Below, in pieces: positions 26,100-38,875 of a stretch of DNA of 64,000 nt. The translations under genes were made by a program, and so were the position numbers. The first letter of the stretch is position 1; every line of letters begins with the position of its first letter. This DNA comes from Lama glama (Eukaryota), in assembly GCA_028534125.1 (NCBI GenBank), contig CM052817.1:46874001-46938000 (forward strand), given 5' to 3'. The notes under the pieces are model-generated. The model was not told where the DNA came from, searched no databases, and saw only the letters and a list, made by a program, of their open reading frames with translations.

Positions 26100-29000
26100 T
26101 TAGATAATTATGGTGTGGGCCTTTATATGTAGATTTGTTTTATTCTTCAGACAGATATTTATTATTTCATAGGATAATTTATTTAATTATCTACTCTGTA
26201 GATAGGATTAAGTTTTTTTCTGTTATTCTCAATACTATAATGAACATCCATGTGCGTATTTTTGCTTACATGTACAAGTGTTTTTGTAGACTAAATTCCT
26301 AGAAGGAAAATTGCATTTTAAAATGTTGATTGTAGATTCTGCCAAATTATACTCAAAAAAATTGTATTTGTCAATGGATGAAAAATAATACCTCATTTTA
26401 ATTTGTGTTTACCTGATTTCCAGTAAAGTTGAGCATATTTATTAGTCATTTGGTATGATTCATATAAATTGCCTGCACACAACATTTTGTCCATTGTGGG
26501 GTTTGCCTTTTCCTTCCTGAAGTTTTAGGAATTTTTTATAATTCTATTTATAATATATACATCATATTTTATAACATTGTCTCCCAATCTGTCAGTTGTC
26601 TTACTTTATGGAATCTTTGGATTTTTTAGTTTTATACTGTCAAAACCTGTCGGTCTTCTCCTTCCTAGCTTCTGGGTTTTTTGTCTTTCCAGAAAAGCCT
26701 TCTTATAGTAATTTAGTCTCTTAAATTTTCTTCTGCTACTTCTTTAGTTTTATTTATGTTTCTAGCAGGTGTTAATTCATCTGGAATTTTTTAAATACAT
26801 ATTCTGTGTTTGGGACCTAACTAATTTTTCCAGTTTTATAATCATTCTCCCAAAATAATTTATTGAACAGTGTATCTTTTTTTTTCACTGACTTGAAAAA
26901 CCACCAATATCATATTTTAAAAGTCCAAAATATATTTATTCTTGATTTAATACCCATTGTTTTGATGACTGACATTTTATATTTGACATCTGGTAGGGCA
27001 ACCCTCCTCATTGTCTTTTTCAAAAAAATTTTGGCAATTTCTGTGTATTTTCTCTTCCAGATGAACTTTAGAATCAACATGTCAAGTTCCATTAAAAATC
27101 CCTTTGGGATTTTGATTGGAAGTGCATTGAATTTACAGATTAATTTGGGGAGAATTGACATCTTTACACTATTGAATCTTCCCATCCAGGAACATGGTAT
27201 GCCTCTCCATTTCTTCAGGTGTTCTTTTATGTCCTTTAGTAAAATTTTATCGCTTTTTTTTTTTCCATGTAGGTCTTACATTTTTCTTGTTAGATTTATT
27301 CCTGGGTATTTTTTGTTGTTATTGTGAATTACATCTTTTCTTCCATTTTGCACTTTATTTTTTCAATTTGTTATTGCTAGTAAATAGGAAATCTGTTGTT
27401 TTTTTTATATTGATCTTACCATTTACTTAATTTTCAGTTGATTATCTTGAAATTTGTAGAAGGATGGTGATGTTTTCTGCAAATGATGGCATTTGGTTGT
27501 TTCCTTTTTTCAGTATTTATACTTCTCTATTTTTTTGTTTTTGTTTTTGTTTTTTTACTGGTCTTAGTACATTGGTTAGGTTTCCAGATCTGTCCATTAG
27601 TAGTTCTAATTTGGGCATCTTTTCTGATTTAAATGGAAATTTTTAAACTTCTACATTTATACATGCCTTAGATTTCTGATAGAATACACTATCAGAAACA
27701 AAAGTGTCCTTCTTGGCTTAAGAAATACTTCCGTGATAATAGATACTGAATTTTATCTTTTTTTGTTGTTGTTGAGATGGTACATATTGTTTCCACCTCT
27801 AGTATTTAGTGAATTACATTAATACATTTACCTAATATTGATAACGGTGTTGCTAATTTTAATATTTATTCAGCAAGTGTTTGGATACTTGCAGTATTGA
27901 ATATTGCATTGTGCCAGGAACTTTGCCACAAATTGGTGATAGTGCTGAGTAAGTCTGAAGTGGTTCCTCTCTCTTCTAATATGGAGAAGAGAGATAATAA
28001 GCAAGTACCCAAGAATAAGATAATTTTAGACTGTGTTGTACTGTGGAAATAAAAAGAGTGGTGTGGTAGAGATGTTAGGAAAGTACCTCCTTTGATACTG
28101 TCATCTGAGAAGGTAATATATGAATTAAATCCTAAAGAATGATGAAAACAATGTTTTCTTTATCCTCTTTCATGTATTTGTTGTGTGTATAGTTTTTCAC
28201 ATCTGCTGAATTTTCTATTGGTGTGTTTTACTTAAGTTTTTGTTTTATTTAGTTGTTTGTTTTGTTTTGCTATTTCTGTTTAAGTGTGTTAATAGTGTTG
28301 TTTATGCTTATGAGCTAAGAAGTCTTACAATCTGTTTTCTAGACTTTGTAAATAATAATACTCTGTTCCTCCTGAAGGGTAGATCTGTGACTACCCTTAA
28401 GATTTCTTCTATGGATATATTCTATTTCTACTTTTTCTTGAGGTAATTTTGATAATTTCTTTTCTTAGAAAACCATCCATTTTATTTAGACTTTCACCTT
28501 TATTGATACAGAGTTGTGATCAGTTTTCTAATTTTAATGGCTCCTTATTTTTTTTTCATTCTCTTGTTTTCCATAATCAGACTTGTCAGGCTGCTTTCAT
28601 TTTTGTCAGACTTACACAAAAAGCAGTTTTTTTGTTTTATTAATTACTTTTGTATTTCTCTGAATTTCTTCATTTCTGTATTTATTACTATAAATTATAT
28701 TGATATATTTTGATTTGTATTTTAATTTTGAAGCTTTTTATGTATTTTAAATCTTTCTTGTGTTCTACCAACTGCATTTAAGGCTTTGAGTTTTTCTTTA
28801 AGGACTGCTATGACCAAATTCCATTGGAAATAATATGCTTACAATTTTAATTTTCATTTCCTCTTTATTCTAATAGTTTATTAATAGGCTTTTTTCTTTT
28901 TAAATTTTTAAGTATAGTGTTATCCATGTATTGTTCATTTTTAGTTTCTTTTAGCTTTATGGACTAAGAATGTGACCTGTATTAATTTTTTTTTTTAATC

Positions 29001-30300
29001 TCTTGAGTTGTTCATTGCTTAAGATATGGTCAGGTTTTGTTTGTTTTCAAAGTCTGTGTATTCTCTGTTCATATGATGTACTAAGTTCTGTTTCACTATG
29101 AAATATAAATATAGTTCATTAATTGTATTTTGGAATCCTCCATATTTTTCTATAATCTACTTGCTTTCCTTATTTTCTGAGATGAGTATGTGGAAAGTTT
29201 CCCAGTACATTGTGTCAATTTTCAAGTTATTTTTATTTCTAGTATTTTTACTTTATACATTTCTATGTTATATTGTTAGGTGCATAGAAGTTGAGCTATC
29301 GCACACTCCTGGTATACTGTATCTATTATTATAAAATATTTTTTCTTTATAATGCTTTTTACCTTGAATTCTTTATTGACTGATGTTAGTAATGACATCT
29401 TCGGGATTGCTTTTTCATACCTCTGTTTTCAACTTTTATGACTAAGAATTTTTGATATCTCTTTTGTAATAGCATATAGTTAAGTTTTTCCTTTTTTTAA
29501 AAAAAACCCCAATCTATGTGTCAATTTTTTTAAATAAGAGAAATTTTCCCACTCACTTTTATATTAACTTGGTCTTTTGGTCTTTCATCTTTTTCCTAAC
29601 ACTGAAGGTTTTGGCAAAGATGTATTTTCTTACTATCTTACACCCACATCCCCATTGTCTTTAACTGAATTTGAAGATTTTTTTAATTGTTTCCTTTCCA
29701 GTTTGAAAAATATGTGTTTTCTTTCTATTTTTCAGCAGGCATTGAATTGAATTAAACATTATTTGTGACTAGTTGCTCCTTTTCCCTTAACATAGGCTTT
29801 TGGCATTATTTCATTAAATCTTCGCTTTTCTATTTTTAAAATAATTTGAAATTTTAGTAATAAGTTTATGTTATAATGTGCTTTTACTTTTTTAACTTTA
29901 AGGAATTATCTGTTAATTACTACCTGAAATGTTAAAGATACATTATATTCTACTAGTTTTTTTCCTCACTGCTTGGTTTTATGATTCCAAGGCTGTCTTT
30001 TCCTTGGATTAATTTTTGTCGTTGAAGGCGTATATTCTGTCAACTCAGAATTGTTTGTGGTTCTTAAATTTTCAGAGTGTTTACATCTTTAAAAACTTAT
30101 TTCATTCTACAGTTTAAAATTTTTGAAAATAATTGTGCTTGTGCTTTACAACTTTTAATTGCAAATTGTCTCTAGCATTCAGTTTTGTATTTGAGAGGTT
30201 TGACATCAATCTGATTTTTAATTCTCTTATTAACAGACCCTCCCCACCCACCGAATCTTTCTAGACTTGATATTCTTAGAATTCTCAAGTTACACCAGGT
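26100..30300 (-). mobile_element. Ancient LINE-1 remnant, antisense, fragmented
   Basis: ORF 26910..27185 (GRFNSVKMSILPKLICKFNALPIKIP..F..EL...ILKFIW) matches L1 ORF2 downstream of RT; boundaries approximate. Confidence 0.82.
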
Positions 30301-30307
30301 TATGACT

Positions 30308-30360
30308 GTGTGTGTGTATGTGTGTGTGTGTGTGTGTGTAATCTGTATGTGTGTGTGTAT
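30308..30360. repeat. Imperfect (TG)n microsatellite
   Basis: Interrupted tg runs. Confidence 0.9.
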
Positions 30361-33300
30361 CTGCATCTGCATTTTAACACCATCTTATAAGAATTCTTTT
30401 ATTCTGAACTGTTTTTAAAACAATTGATGACTAATGATAATACCAGAAATAGGCTAAATTTATAATTAAATTGCATTGTACTGTTAATAGAGAATTTTAG
30501 GAAATCTTTGAAATGGTCTGTAACTTTTAATATATTCCAGAAAAATCCACTTATAAACTCTAGATTTGAAAATTCCACATAATTTTTATTTTAAACATTA
30601 ATAATTTGTTTACTTTATAAAGGTTACAATTAATGTCACAAAATAAATTGTTGTAATTTCATACTGAATTATTGGAGGTAGGTAAGTCCTTCGAAACATA
30701 AGAAGTCATGTTTTGTATTAGCTCTGTGAAAATGGTGCTGTATTATCCATTATACCACTGATTTTTAGCACATTCCTAGATTAAAATTTATTAGGTGGAC
30801 AGGTGAGCATGAATGAAAGAATATAGGTATAAATCAGTGTTTTCCTAATGAATAGACTTTTGGAAGCTAAATTTATTTTTAGTCAGATTCACTTTAGTTT
30901 TATTTACTTTAATTTCAGGATACCAATACCATGTCATACTATTAATTGATATTCTTTTTACAAGGACTTTAAGTGGATTTTTATTTTATTTTATTTCAAT
31001 ATGTATGTAGATTAGTGTTCAGTGACTCTACTGAATATTTTATCTTAGTATAGAAAAAATATATCCTAAATAGATTAATTTTGGAATAATTTACTCTTTA
31101 ATAAGAATTATAGTATTTTAGCTGAGTTTTACCCTATTTAAGAATATAAAAAAGAAAGAGCAAAGACATTTTTATTAGGTTTCAGGGTCATGTACAAAAA
31201 AAATAAATTATGATGACTGTGATTGAATACATTTTATATTACCTATAATAAACTGGTGATTGTATTCAAAGAGCTAGGAAGAGCACATTCCATGTTTTTC
31301 TGGACTTTTTTTAAGAGACATAATGTAAACTATTGAAATTTATTCAATTTATATTATAAAATTATCATAGATTCAAATTGATCTCTTATATCCACCTTTT
31401 TATATGCAGCTTTTTAATATTTTACATGCAACAGATATTATTTCATAATGATAAGTAATACCAAGATTCAGAAGCTATTATTATTTTGAATTATGTTTAT
31501 ATAGCCCATTCTCTATCACTGAATAAATGACGACACTTGAGTTATTATGTAACTCATGATGATGGCCTCAAGTCAAGTTGTTCAAATGAACCTTTATTTT
31601 TTTGGGTGAAATGGTATCAGTTATGATCTACAACTATAACCCAGTTTATGTTATTGAAATGACAACATTGGTCATAAACGTTAAACCCTAACATTTACCA
31701 AAAGTAAAAATCATGAAAAATACAAAGATTTCATCATAAACATTCTTTTGGAGGGATTTTTCTGCATTGACTGGAGTAAGAGAGCTTCAAATTTCAAGTA
31801 TGGTGAACCTTAGATTGAAAATACTGTGTTTTCCTTGGAGCAAGTGTGGGAATTCTTTGTGATTCTCAAAATCTTTGTAATATAGTCAGGATTTAGATCA
31901 CCTTTCTTGAAATACAGATTACCATCTTGATATTTGGACTACCAGCTTGATATTCAATGAATGATAAATGGAGGGAAGTTTCCAGAATAACAAAAGCAAT
32001 AGTAAATTGGTGGATAGTGATGGAATAGGAGGATGGGAAGTATTTAAGGTCAAGAAATCCAAGTTCTGTAGTTTCTAGCATTCTAATTTTTAAAGTATGT
32101 TTATTCTCAAAGACTGACCCTTTTTCCTGTCCCCAACTTGCATAATCTTTCATTTGATATATTGCTCAAATGATTGATAAGTTCCTAATTAGTTTGTCTC
32201 TGTTGTCCTGTCTATCTAAAACCATCTTTCAGTTGTCTCTATCTTTCTAAAACATCAAGTATTTATTTTAATACTTAAATCCTTCAATAATCTATTGTAT
32301 AAATTCTGAACTTCTCAGCACGATATTGAAAAGGCCCCATCTTCCTTAAGCATTTTTTTTTTACCATTTTCATTCAGAATTGTTTTTTCCTTCCTCTGTA
32401 CAATGTTAGTATCTCTTTAGTACTATTTTCCAGTCTTGTTTGATGTAGTTAGCTCTTTGTACATAGAGTTGCCTCTCTATATTGTATATTTGTGGAAGTC
32501 ATTGATTATTAAAAAAAAATCATTTTTTGTTACCATTCTCCTGTGGCTATCCTACTGCTTTGCACAGAGTATGTAATTGGTGATGAATATTTATTAAATT
32601 GAGTGGAGTTTGTATATATGATGTATAGTTAATCAGAATATACTATATCCTATTCTTTGGACTGAATATCAGTTTATTACACTACAAAATGGACTCCTCT
32701 TCTCTAATATAGCAGTGATAATATATTTATTCTGAAGATAATATATTTGTTTGGAATGTTATGCTAATGTAATGCTAACTTGATCCAAATGGCCCTATAT
32801 TTCCAAATTTTCATGTAACTTTGTGTTTGAGTATACAAGGATTGAGAATACCATTAATAGCATAAACAAATTCATTCAGCCCTGACCATTGTTAAAACAC
32901 CTTGGTTTTCATTCTTAAGCCTTCGTGTTATGTGTATTTTGGGGAGAAGGTAAAAAATACTTTGTTAATTGAATAGTACTACTGTTAAATATTTTTTTAA
33001 ACAAAAGCAATCTCTGCAGTAAAACATCACCTTTAATCTCTCCAGAAGGATTAGTGTGCACAAAAGTACAGAGACTTGTATGATAACAGACTCTACAGAT
33101 CTCTTCCTCACATGCAGCATTATCAAGAATTTGCCGCACAACTTTGTTTTTCCTGAAACATTTTATGGCTAATGGGTGACACTATTTCTGAATACTGCAA
33201 CATGCATTTCTAAAAGATAAGGGCATTTTCTTACCTAACCAGAGTAATTCTTTCATACTATTTAATACCCCATTCATATTCACATTTCTTCACGTGCCTT

Positions 33301-33443
33301 GAAAATTTCAAGTAAGATCTACATTATTTTGCTGGTTTTGTCTCTGGAATCTCTTGAATTTAGAATACTTCTTCCCTTTTACTTTCTCTCTCTCCTTCAA
33401 CGTGTTCCACATTTTAGGTTTGTCTGTTTGCTTCTGTTTAACT

Positions 33444-33680
33444 CAGTGGTTCTCACCTTCCCACCCCCAGGGTTTTTTGTTTTTGTTTCTGTTTTTGCTC
33501 CAAGGGAACATTTGGCAATGTCTGGAGATATTTTTTGGTGTCACAACCTTTGGAAGGTTGCTGCTGGCATCTAGTGGGTAGAGGACAGGGATGCTGTTGA
33601 ACATCCTGAAATATATAGGGCAGCTCCAAACAACAGTTTCCTGGCTTAAATGTCAATAGTGCCAAGATCAAGAAACACTG
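33444..33680 (+). mobile_element. MER20 (hAT-Charlie MITE)
   Basis: cagtggttctca...catttggcaatgtctggagatatttt...ctggcatctagtgggtagagg...aatgtcaatagtgccaag..agaaacactg. Confidence 0.88.
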
Positions 33681-36600
33681 ACTTAAAATTTTTATAACCT
33701 GGGCATTATTTCAAGGGGGCAAGAATAGTTTATAGGAGGTACTGTGTGTTTTATGTTGCATAAATCAGAGGCATGTAATGACTCACTTATAGTAAACGGT
33801 GGGTTAAGGTGATGACATCTTTATCCTTTAAATATAGAATCTAAAGTCATCTTTTCTAGAGCAGAGTGAAACAACAGCCCCTTCTTCTAGTGGAAAGATA
33901 TTGAACTATTTAATTGGATAACTGGTCTCTTTGTGCTAGATGTTGAGAAACTTACTGTTTAAATATGGATCAGTGCTTCTGTTTTCTCATCTGTGGCTTT
34001 TCTCATCTGTGGCAATGAATTGAACCTGGTGATTTCTAAGACCTTTGCATTTTGATGATCCTTTATATTAAACAAGGATTTAATGCACAAACACCATTTC
34101 ATAAAATATCCAGCTAGTCAAAACAACATATCCAAGATAGTTTAGATGTAATTTAAATGGTCATACTTTGAATATTGGTAACTTTGATAGACTATTTCCT
34201 TTAGGGAAGAATACATTTAATAAGGACATTCTTTCCTTCTGTCTCTCCCTCCTCTTCATGAAAGTTATACATTTCATTTAAGGAAAATGTTTCATAACAT
34301 TTATGTGAATTTCTTATTCAGATCATTTTTAATGTTCCAGAACTTGGCTGTGATTCAAAATGAATTTTTTTCCTGTAGAAATAATATAATAAAAATGAAT
34401 TATGTTTCAATGGGAAATGCATTTTAGTTTTTCACCTGAATTACCTCAACTAAGGATGTGTTAAAGAGGTATATGCCCATAACTTAGTTTACATTTGAAT
34501 AGAAGGTTACTTTTTTTTTTTATAAGGCTGCATCTGCTTATATATCTCTCTCTGCTTGTTCTATAATACAGCACAAGAATCTTTCCAGCTGGGAAAAGAA
34601 GAACTGGTGTTAAAGGAGGAAATTCTCTACTACTTCCTCTTCTAAACTCTTGTGACTCTTTTTCTTTCCCTCTCATTATCTTATGCACTTTCTACCCTGT
34701 ATTATTGTTATTTGTGCACACACCTTGGCTCTTGCATTAAAGAAACAAGTTCCTTGATAGTAGGGTTAATTTTACACCTCTCATAGTAATAAATTTCAGT
34801 ATCTATTGCACAAAGACTGTTTGCATTAAAATTGTTCAAGAAATCAGTGAAGATACAGCATTTTTCCCTACCTGCTACCTAATATTTGACTTGTTTTGTA
34901 TCTGCAACATGTACCTTTATTTTATTTTTTGTAACTACCTCTCCCTTCTCCAGATACACTACAAACTTTTAGAATCTGAAGGGAAGTGTTTCCCCAAACC
35001 ATCTTTTATTTATTCAAGAATTATTTGAGTCCTGACAACGTGATGGGTATAGTTCTAGTTGCTGGATATGTATCATTGCACCAAGCAAAGTCCCTATTTC
35101 CTTGGAGTTCAGAAAGGCAATAAATATGTATAATAATAAGTCATGTGATAAATTTATTTCTAAAATTACACAGAATAAACATATAGATAGAGATAACTGA
35201 GAGACTTGCTTAGATCTCACAGCTAAGCAGATGAAGCAATAGTTGTACTTAGGTCTTTAGATTCTAACAGTATCTTTGAAATTAGTTTCTTCATTAATCT
35301 TAAACTGGGGGGTGGGAGAAGATAGATAGCCATTCCTATTTTCTTTCATCCTAATACCTTTAAAAAAAATCTATATATATACAATCTCATAGTCATTTGA
35401 ATCTGTTTTTTAAGTTACCAATTTTTCACAAAGCAAAAATTGTGTAAAAATCAACAAAAGAACTTTCATGGAGAGATTTTAAATCAATAAGAAAACATAT
35501 TTTTGTGTTTAATATCCCTAATGAAAAGATTGAGATGCATTTTTCTTAGTAAATTTTCACCAAGCTTAGTTAAGATACAATGTGATATAAGGAGACTTTT
35601 TGGCAGAAAATCACTTTTGATTGAAATTTAATACTTTCTGTGATCTAACTTGTAACTTTCTGACTTTTCCTATAGTAAACCCTCTATTTTAGCATATAGA
35701 AATTTTATGCTTGTCTACATGCCTTCTCCCTTTCTGATACACAAATAAGTTATTTTGGTCAAAATTTTTTCATATAATTCTTTCTGCATGCATCATCTCC
35801 TTTGAGCAACTTTAGTAAGTCTGATCTGTACTTTTGCACTGTTCTTTGATACCTTTTGTTTTCTAAAACTAATCTGAAATATTTTTCATTTGTTCATTTT
35901 ACCTATGTTTATTTTTCCATGATTATTTCCTCTTTTTTTTTTCTTTTGTCTTCTCTCACTGGATTGAAAAGTTGTAGATATTTTAACAGAGAAAATTTCA
36001 TTAGGAAGCAACTTTTTCTCTAGAAAAACTCATCTTCTCAACCATGGTTTAAGATGAAGACAGTTTTTTACCATGCTATAATTTTGAATCACATATTGCT
36101 ATGACCAAACCATGCCCCAAAGTCCACTTCCTAGTGTAACATTTATGTTTTCACTATTGTCTTTCAAAATAAAGTTTAAAAAAATTATTGTTTTTTTCTT
36201 AACTCCCTCTCCTCATAACAATAATTACAGACTTGGTAAAGTTAATATACTGCAGAGTTTTTGAAAATTTTTAAATATCTAAGGAGATTATTTTTGGAGT
36301 ATTCTGTGTCTAATTGTATTTGAAATATTAGAAATCTGAAAGGTTATTTCATATTAACCTGCATTAGTTTAATGGAAATTTATAAAGAAACATATTATTT
36401 CCCCCTAAATTAAAATTTAGTATTAAATATGTATTGGTTAAATATAGGATTTTTGCCTGGTTACTAGATAGGTGGTATTCAGAGATGGAGTTTCTGGTAC
36501 TATGTTGGTTAAGAATTTATTCTTTAAATTTTTTTCCTATTTCTGATATCTGGATATTAGGCATGAGTGTAATTGTGTTCTAGGTTATTAATAACGTATC

Positions 36601-36851
36601 TATTTCAGTTATTATAGTGTTAGAAGTACCTTAGATTTGTGAAATAAATTTCTTTTGATATGTTAAATAGTGATATTGTATGTAATAATTATCAACCATT
36701 TATCAGAAAATAGGAAGGAATTGTATTTTAATATCTGTAAGAAGCACTATGACAAGAGATATCAAAATAAAACTTTTCCCCATGTCTTACGAGTTGCTGT
36801 TTTCTAATTCTTTATATTTCTTTTAATTCAATCTGGTATATGTTGTTATAT

Positions 36852-38111
36852 CAGTGATTCTCAGTGTTTGGTCTGTAGTTGTCTCAAGTTCCCGGAGACA
36901 ATTTGAGGATGTTCAAGCGGTCAAAACTATTTTTATCACAATATTAATATGTTATTTGCCTTTTTACTGTGTTGGTATTTGCACTGATACAAAAGCAATG
37001 GTAGATAAAACTGCTATCCCCTTAATCAAGGTCGTTGCACCAAATTTTACTAGTATCATTGTATTCATCACTGCCATATACTCACTGTTTAAAAAAAATA
37101 AAATTAAAAGTCAGTTTCCACTTAAGAATGATCTTATTAGAGCAGTAAATATTAGTTTTATGAAGTCTCTGCCTTCGAATACGTGTCTTTTTAATGCTAC
37201 TGTGTATGACAAAATGGGAAGTACATATAAAGCACTTCTGAAAATGAAAGTATGGTGGTATTGGAGGGAAGAGCACTTGGGCTTTTTTGAGATGTGACGT
37301 GAATTTGCCACTTTTTTTTTTCCCATGAAATGCCATTTCTGCTGGAAAATATAACTGACAGAGACACTGCCTGTCAAACTTGGGCATGTGGCATTCTCAA
37401 AAATGATCGAAGTAAGCCTGTCACTTTTAGGAAAACAATCAACAGTATTTGTTACCAGGGATAAAATTAAGCTTTCAAGCACAAATCAGAAATTTTTTTT
37501 TAGCTCTCACAGAACTTTAATCATTGAACGAACTATTTACAGCAGTTACAATATTGGGATATTCTGATCCAGTTTTGAGGCTATAAACTCTATTGTTGAA
37601 GTGAGCTCTAAATTTGAATTGAGCTGTTATCCCTGGAGTACTTTGTTCCGTTAATCAGTGTATTGGATAAATAAGTGATAAAGCATGTTGAATAGGTGAT
37701 CTAAATTTTAATCACTTGGAGCTTCTTTTCTTCACCTAGGCTACCATAACCAAAATTGTTAACCTATTAAAAGCTGTGTTATCCCTTAAGGTTCAGTTAT
37801 TTATTTTATAGATTAAATACTTAAAGCACCATAGGATCTTCCCATCTTATATTGCTCCCACCTCTTCATGGAAGGTCACAAATTAGAATTTTGGAAATTG
37901 TATTTGCCTAGGCTTCACAGCTTTCCAGTACTTAAAAACTTTTGTGATGAAAACATTAGCAATATTAATGATGTGATTTTCGATACTGTAGTTTAATTTC
38001 TAATATGATAGATATTAATAAAGATAATCCTTATTTGAAGTCCTTGGGAGCAGCACAGCACTTTATAGTTGTATAAAGGTGTCCTAGGAAGAAAAGATTT
38101 AAAAATGGCTG
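36852..38111 (+). mobile_element. hAT-Charlie DNA transposon (Charlie1-like, internally deleted), interrupted by the NUMT
   Basis: Starts cagtgattctcagtgtttggtc (Charlie-type TIR); internal aagctttcaagcacaaat/agaattttggaaa/ttccagtacttaaaaacttttgtgatga; homologous to the inverted copy near 3.5-4.5 kb. Confidence 0.8.
37502..37876 (-). pseudogene. NUMT: degenerate fragment of mitochondrial 16S rRNA (MT-RNR2), 3' half including peptidyl-transferase-centre motifs
   Basis: The minus strand reads, in the right order, gaccttccatgaagaggtggga, taagatgggaagatcctatggtgctttaa, aattttggtt, gattaacggaacaaagtactccagggataacagctcaat, caatagagtttatagcctcaaaactggatcagaatatcccaat, gttcaatgattaaagttct. These match conserved mammalian 16S motifs (AAGACGAGAAGACCCTATGGAGCTTTAA; GATCAACGGAACAAGTTACCCTAGGGATAACAGCGCAAT; GTTCAACGATTAAAGTCCT). 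Confidence 0.92.
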
Positions 38112-38480
38112 ATTAGGTCCTCTACCAAAGTGTCAAAGGTTTCATGTCTAAGCATTAACCTTGTAACCTCTCCCATCCACTACCCTTGCCCCATGAAATT
38201 AAAATGGGAAAGAATACATACGATTTCAGTAAGAAAAAAAATTAGACTACATATAATATGAATAATACATTCTTAAATTATTCTATAAATGTAATTTCTC
38301 CCTTAAACAACGGGCTTATATATCCTATTGAAATGATTTAGGATTGTGTTGTATTTATCATTGATATTTACGTTAAATATTTTTCTCCCCTCTTCCTTTT
38401 TCTTCTGTTTATTTCTCTTCCCACTTTCCATCTTTCCTTTCATTCCTCCCTTCCTTCCTTGTTTTGTATTTGTTTTCTAG

Positions 38481-38634
38481 GTGGAGTCTTTCATTTTGGA
38501 TCAGGATGATTTGGAAAATCCAATGCTGGAAACGGCTTCCAAGTTACTCTTGTCAGGTACTGCTGATGGTGCAGACCTCAGGACAGTAGACCCAGAAACA
38601 CAAGCTAGACTGGAAGCTTTACTAGAAGCTGCAG
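38481..38634 (+). CDS. ANKRD17: ANKRD17 exon 2 (154 nt): VESFILDQDDLENPMLETASKLLLSGTADGADLRTVDPETQARLEALLEAA(G)
   Basis: Acceptor ttttctag after a ~100 nt pyrimidine tract; donor CAG|gtaagt; overlaps ORF 38481..38744. Confidence 0.96.
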
Positions 38635-38875
38635 GTAAGTCTGCAAGCTCTACATACATAATAAACCTACCTGATTTTCCAAAGTTACACATAAATGTAA
38701 TTAAAAACTCCTGTTATTATAAATGTATGATCTTGAATTTTTAGTATAAGACTGTTCGTAAAGGTTAATGGATACTTTCTAGAAAATTACAGAGAACATT
38801 TCATTAAAGCATAGTCTCATTACCAGAATAAAATCTGCATATTGTTGTCGACCTTATAAACATGGACTTCTTATA

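Noticed and set aside
36854..37482. Three overlapping ORFs (147, 101, 123 aa) as a domesticated transposase
   Set aside because: They lie in an internally deleted Charlie1 copy that is interrupted by the NUMT; there is no continuous transposase frame.
37502..37876. Functional rRNA gene or mitochondrial contamination/misassembly
   Set aside because: Short, heavily diverged with CpG decay, and cleanly embedded in a nuclear transposon.
694..38400. Dozens of 60-154 aa ORFs in intron 1
   Set aside because: They are Phe/Leu/Ile-rich translations of AT-rich or repeat DNA, many with non-ATG starts. The recognisable ones are decayed L1 ORF2 or Charlie fragments, not genes.
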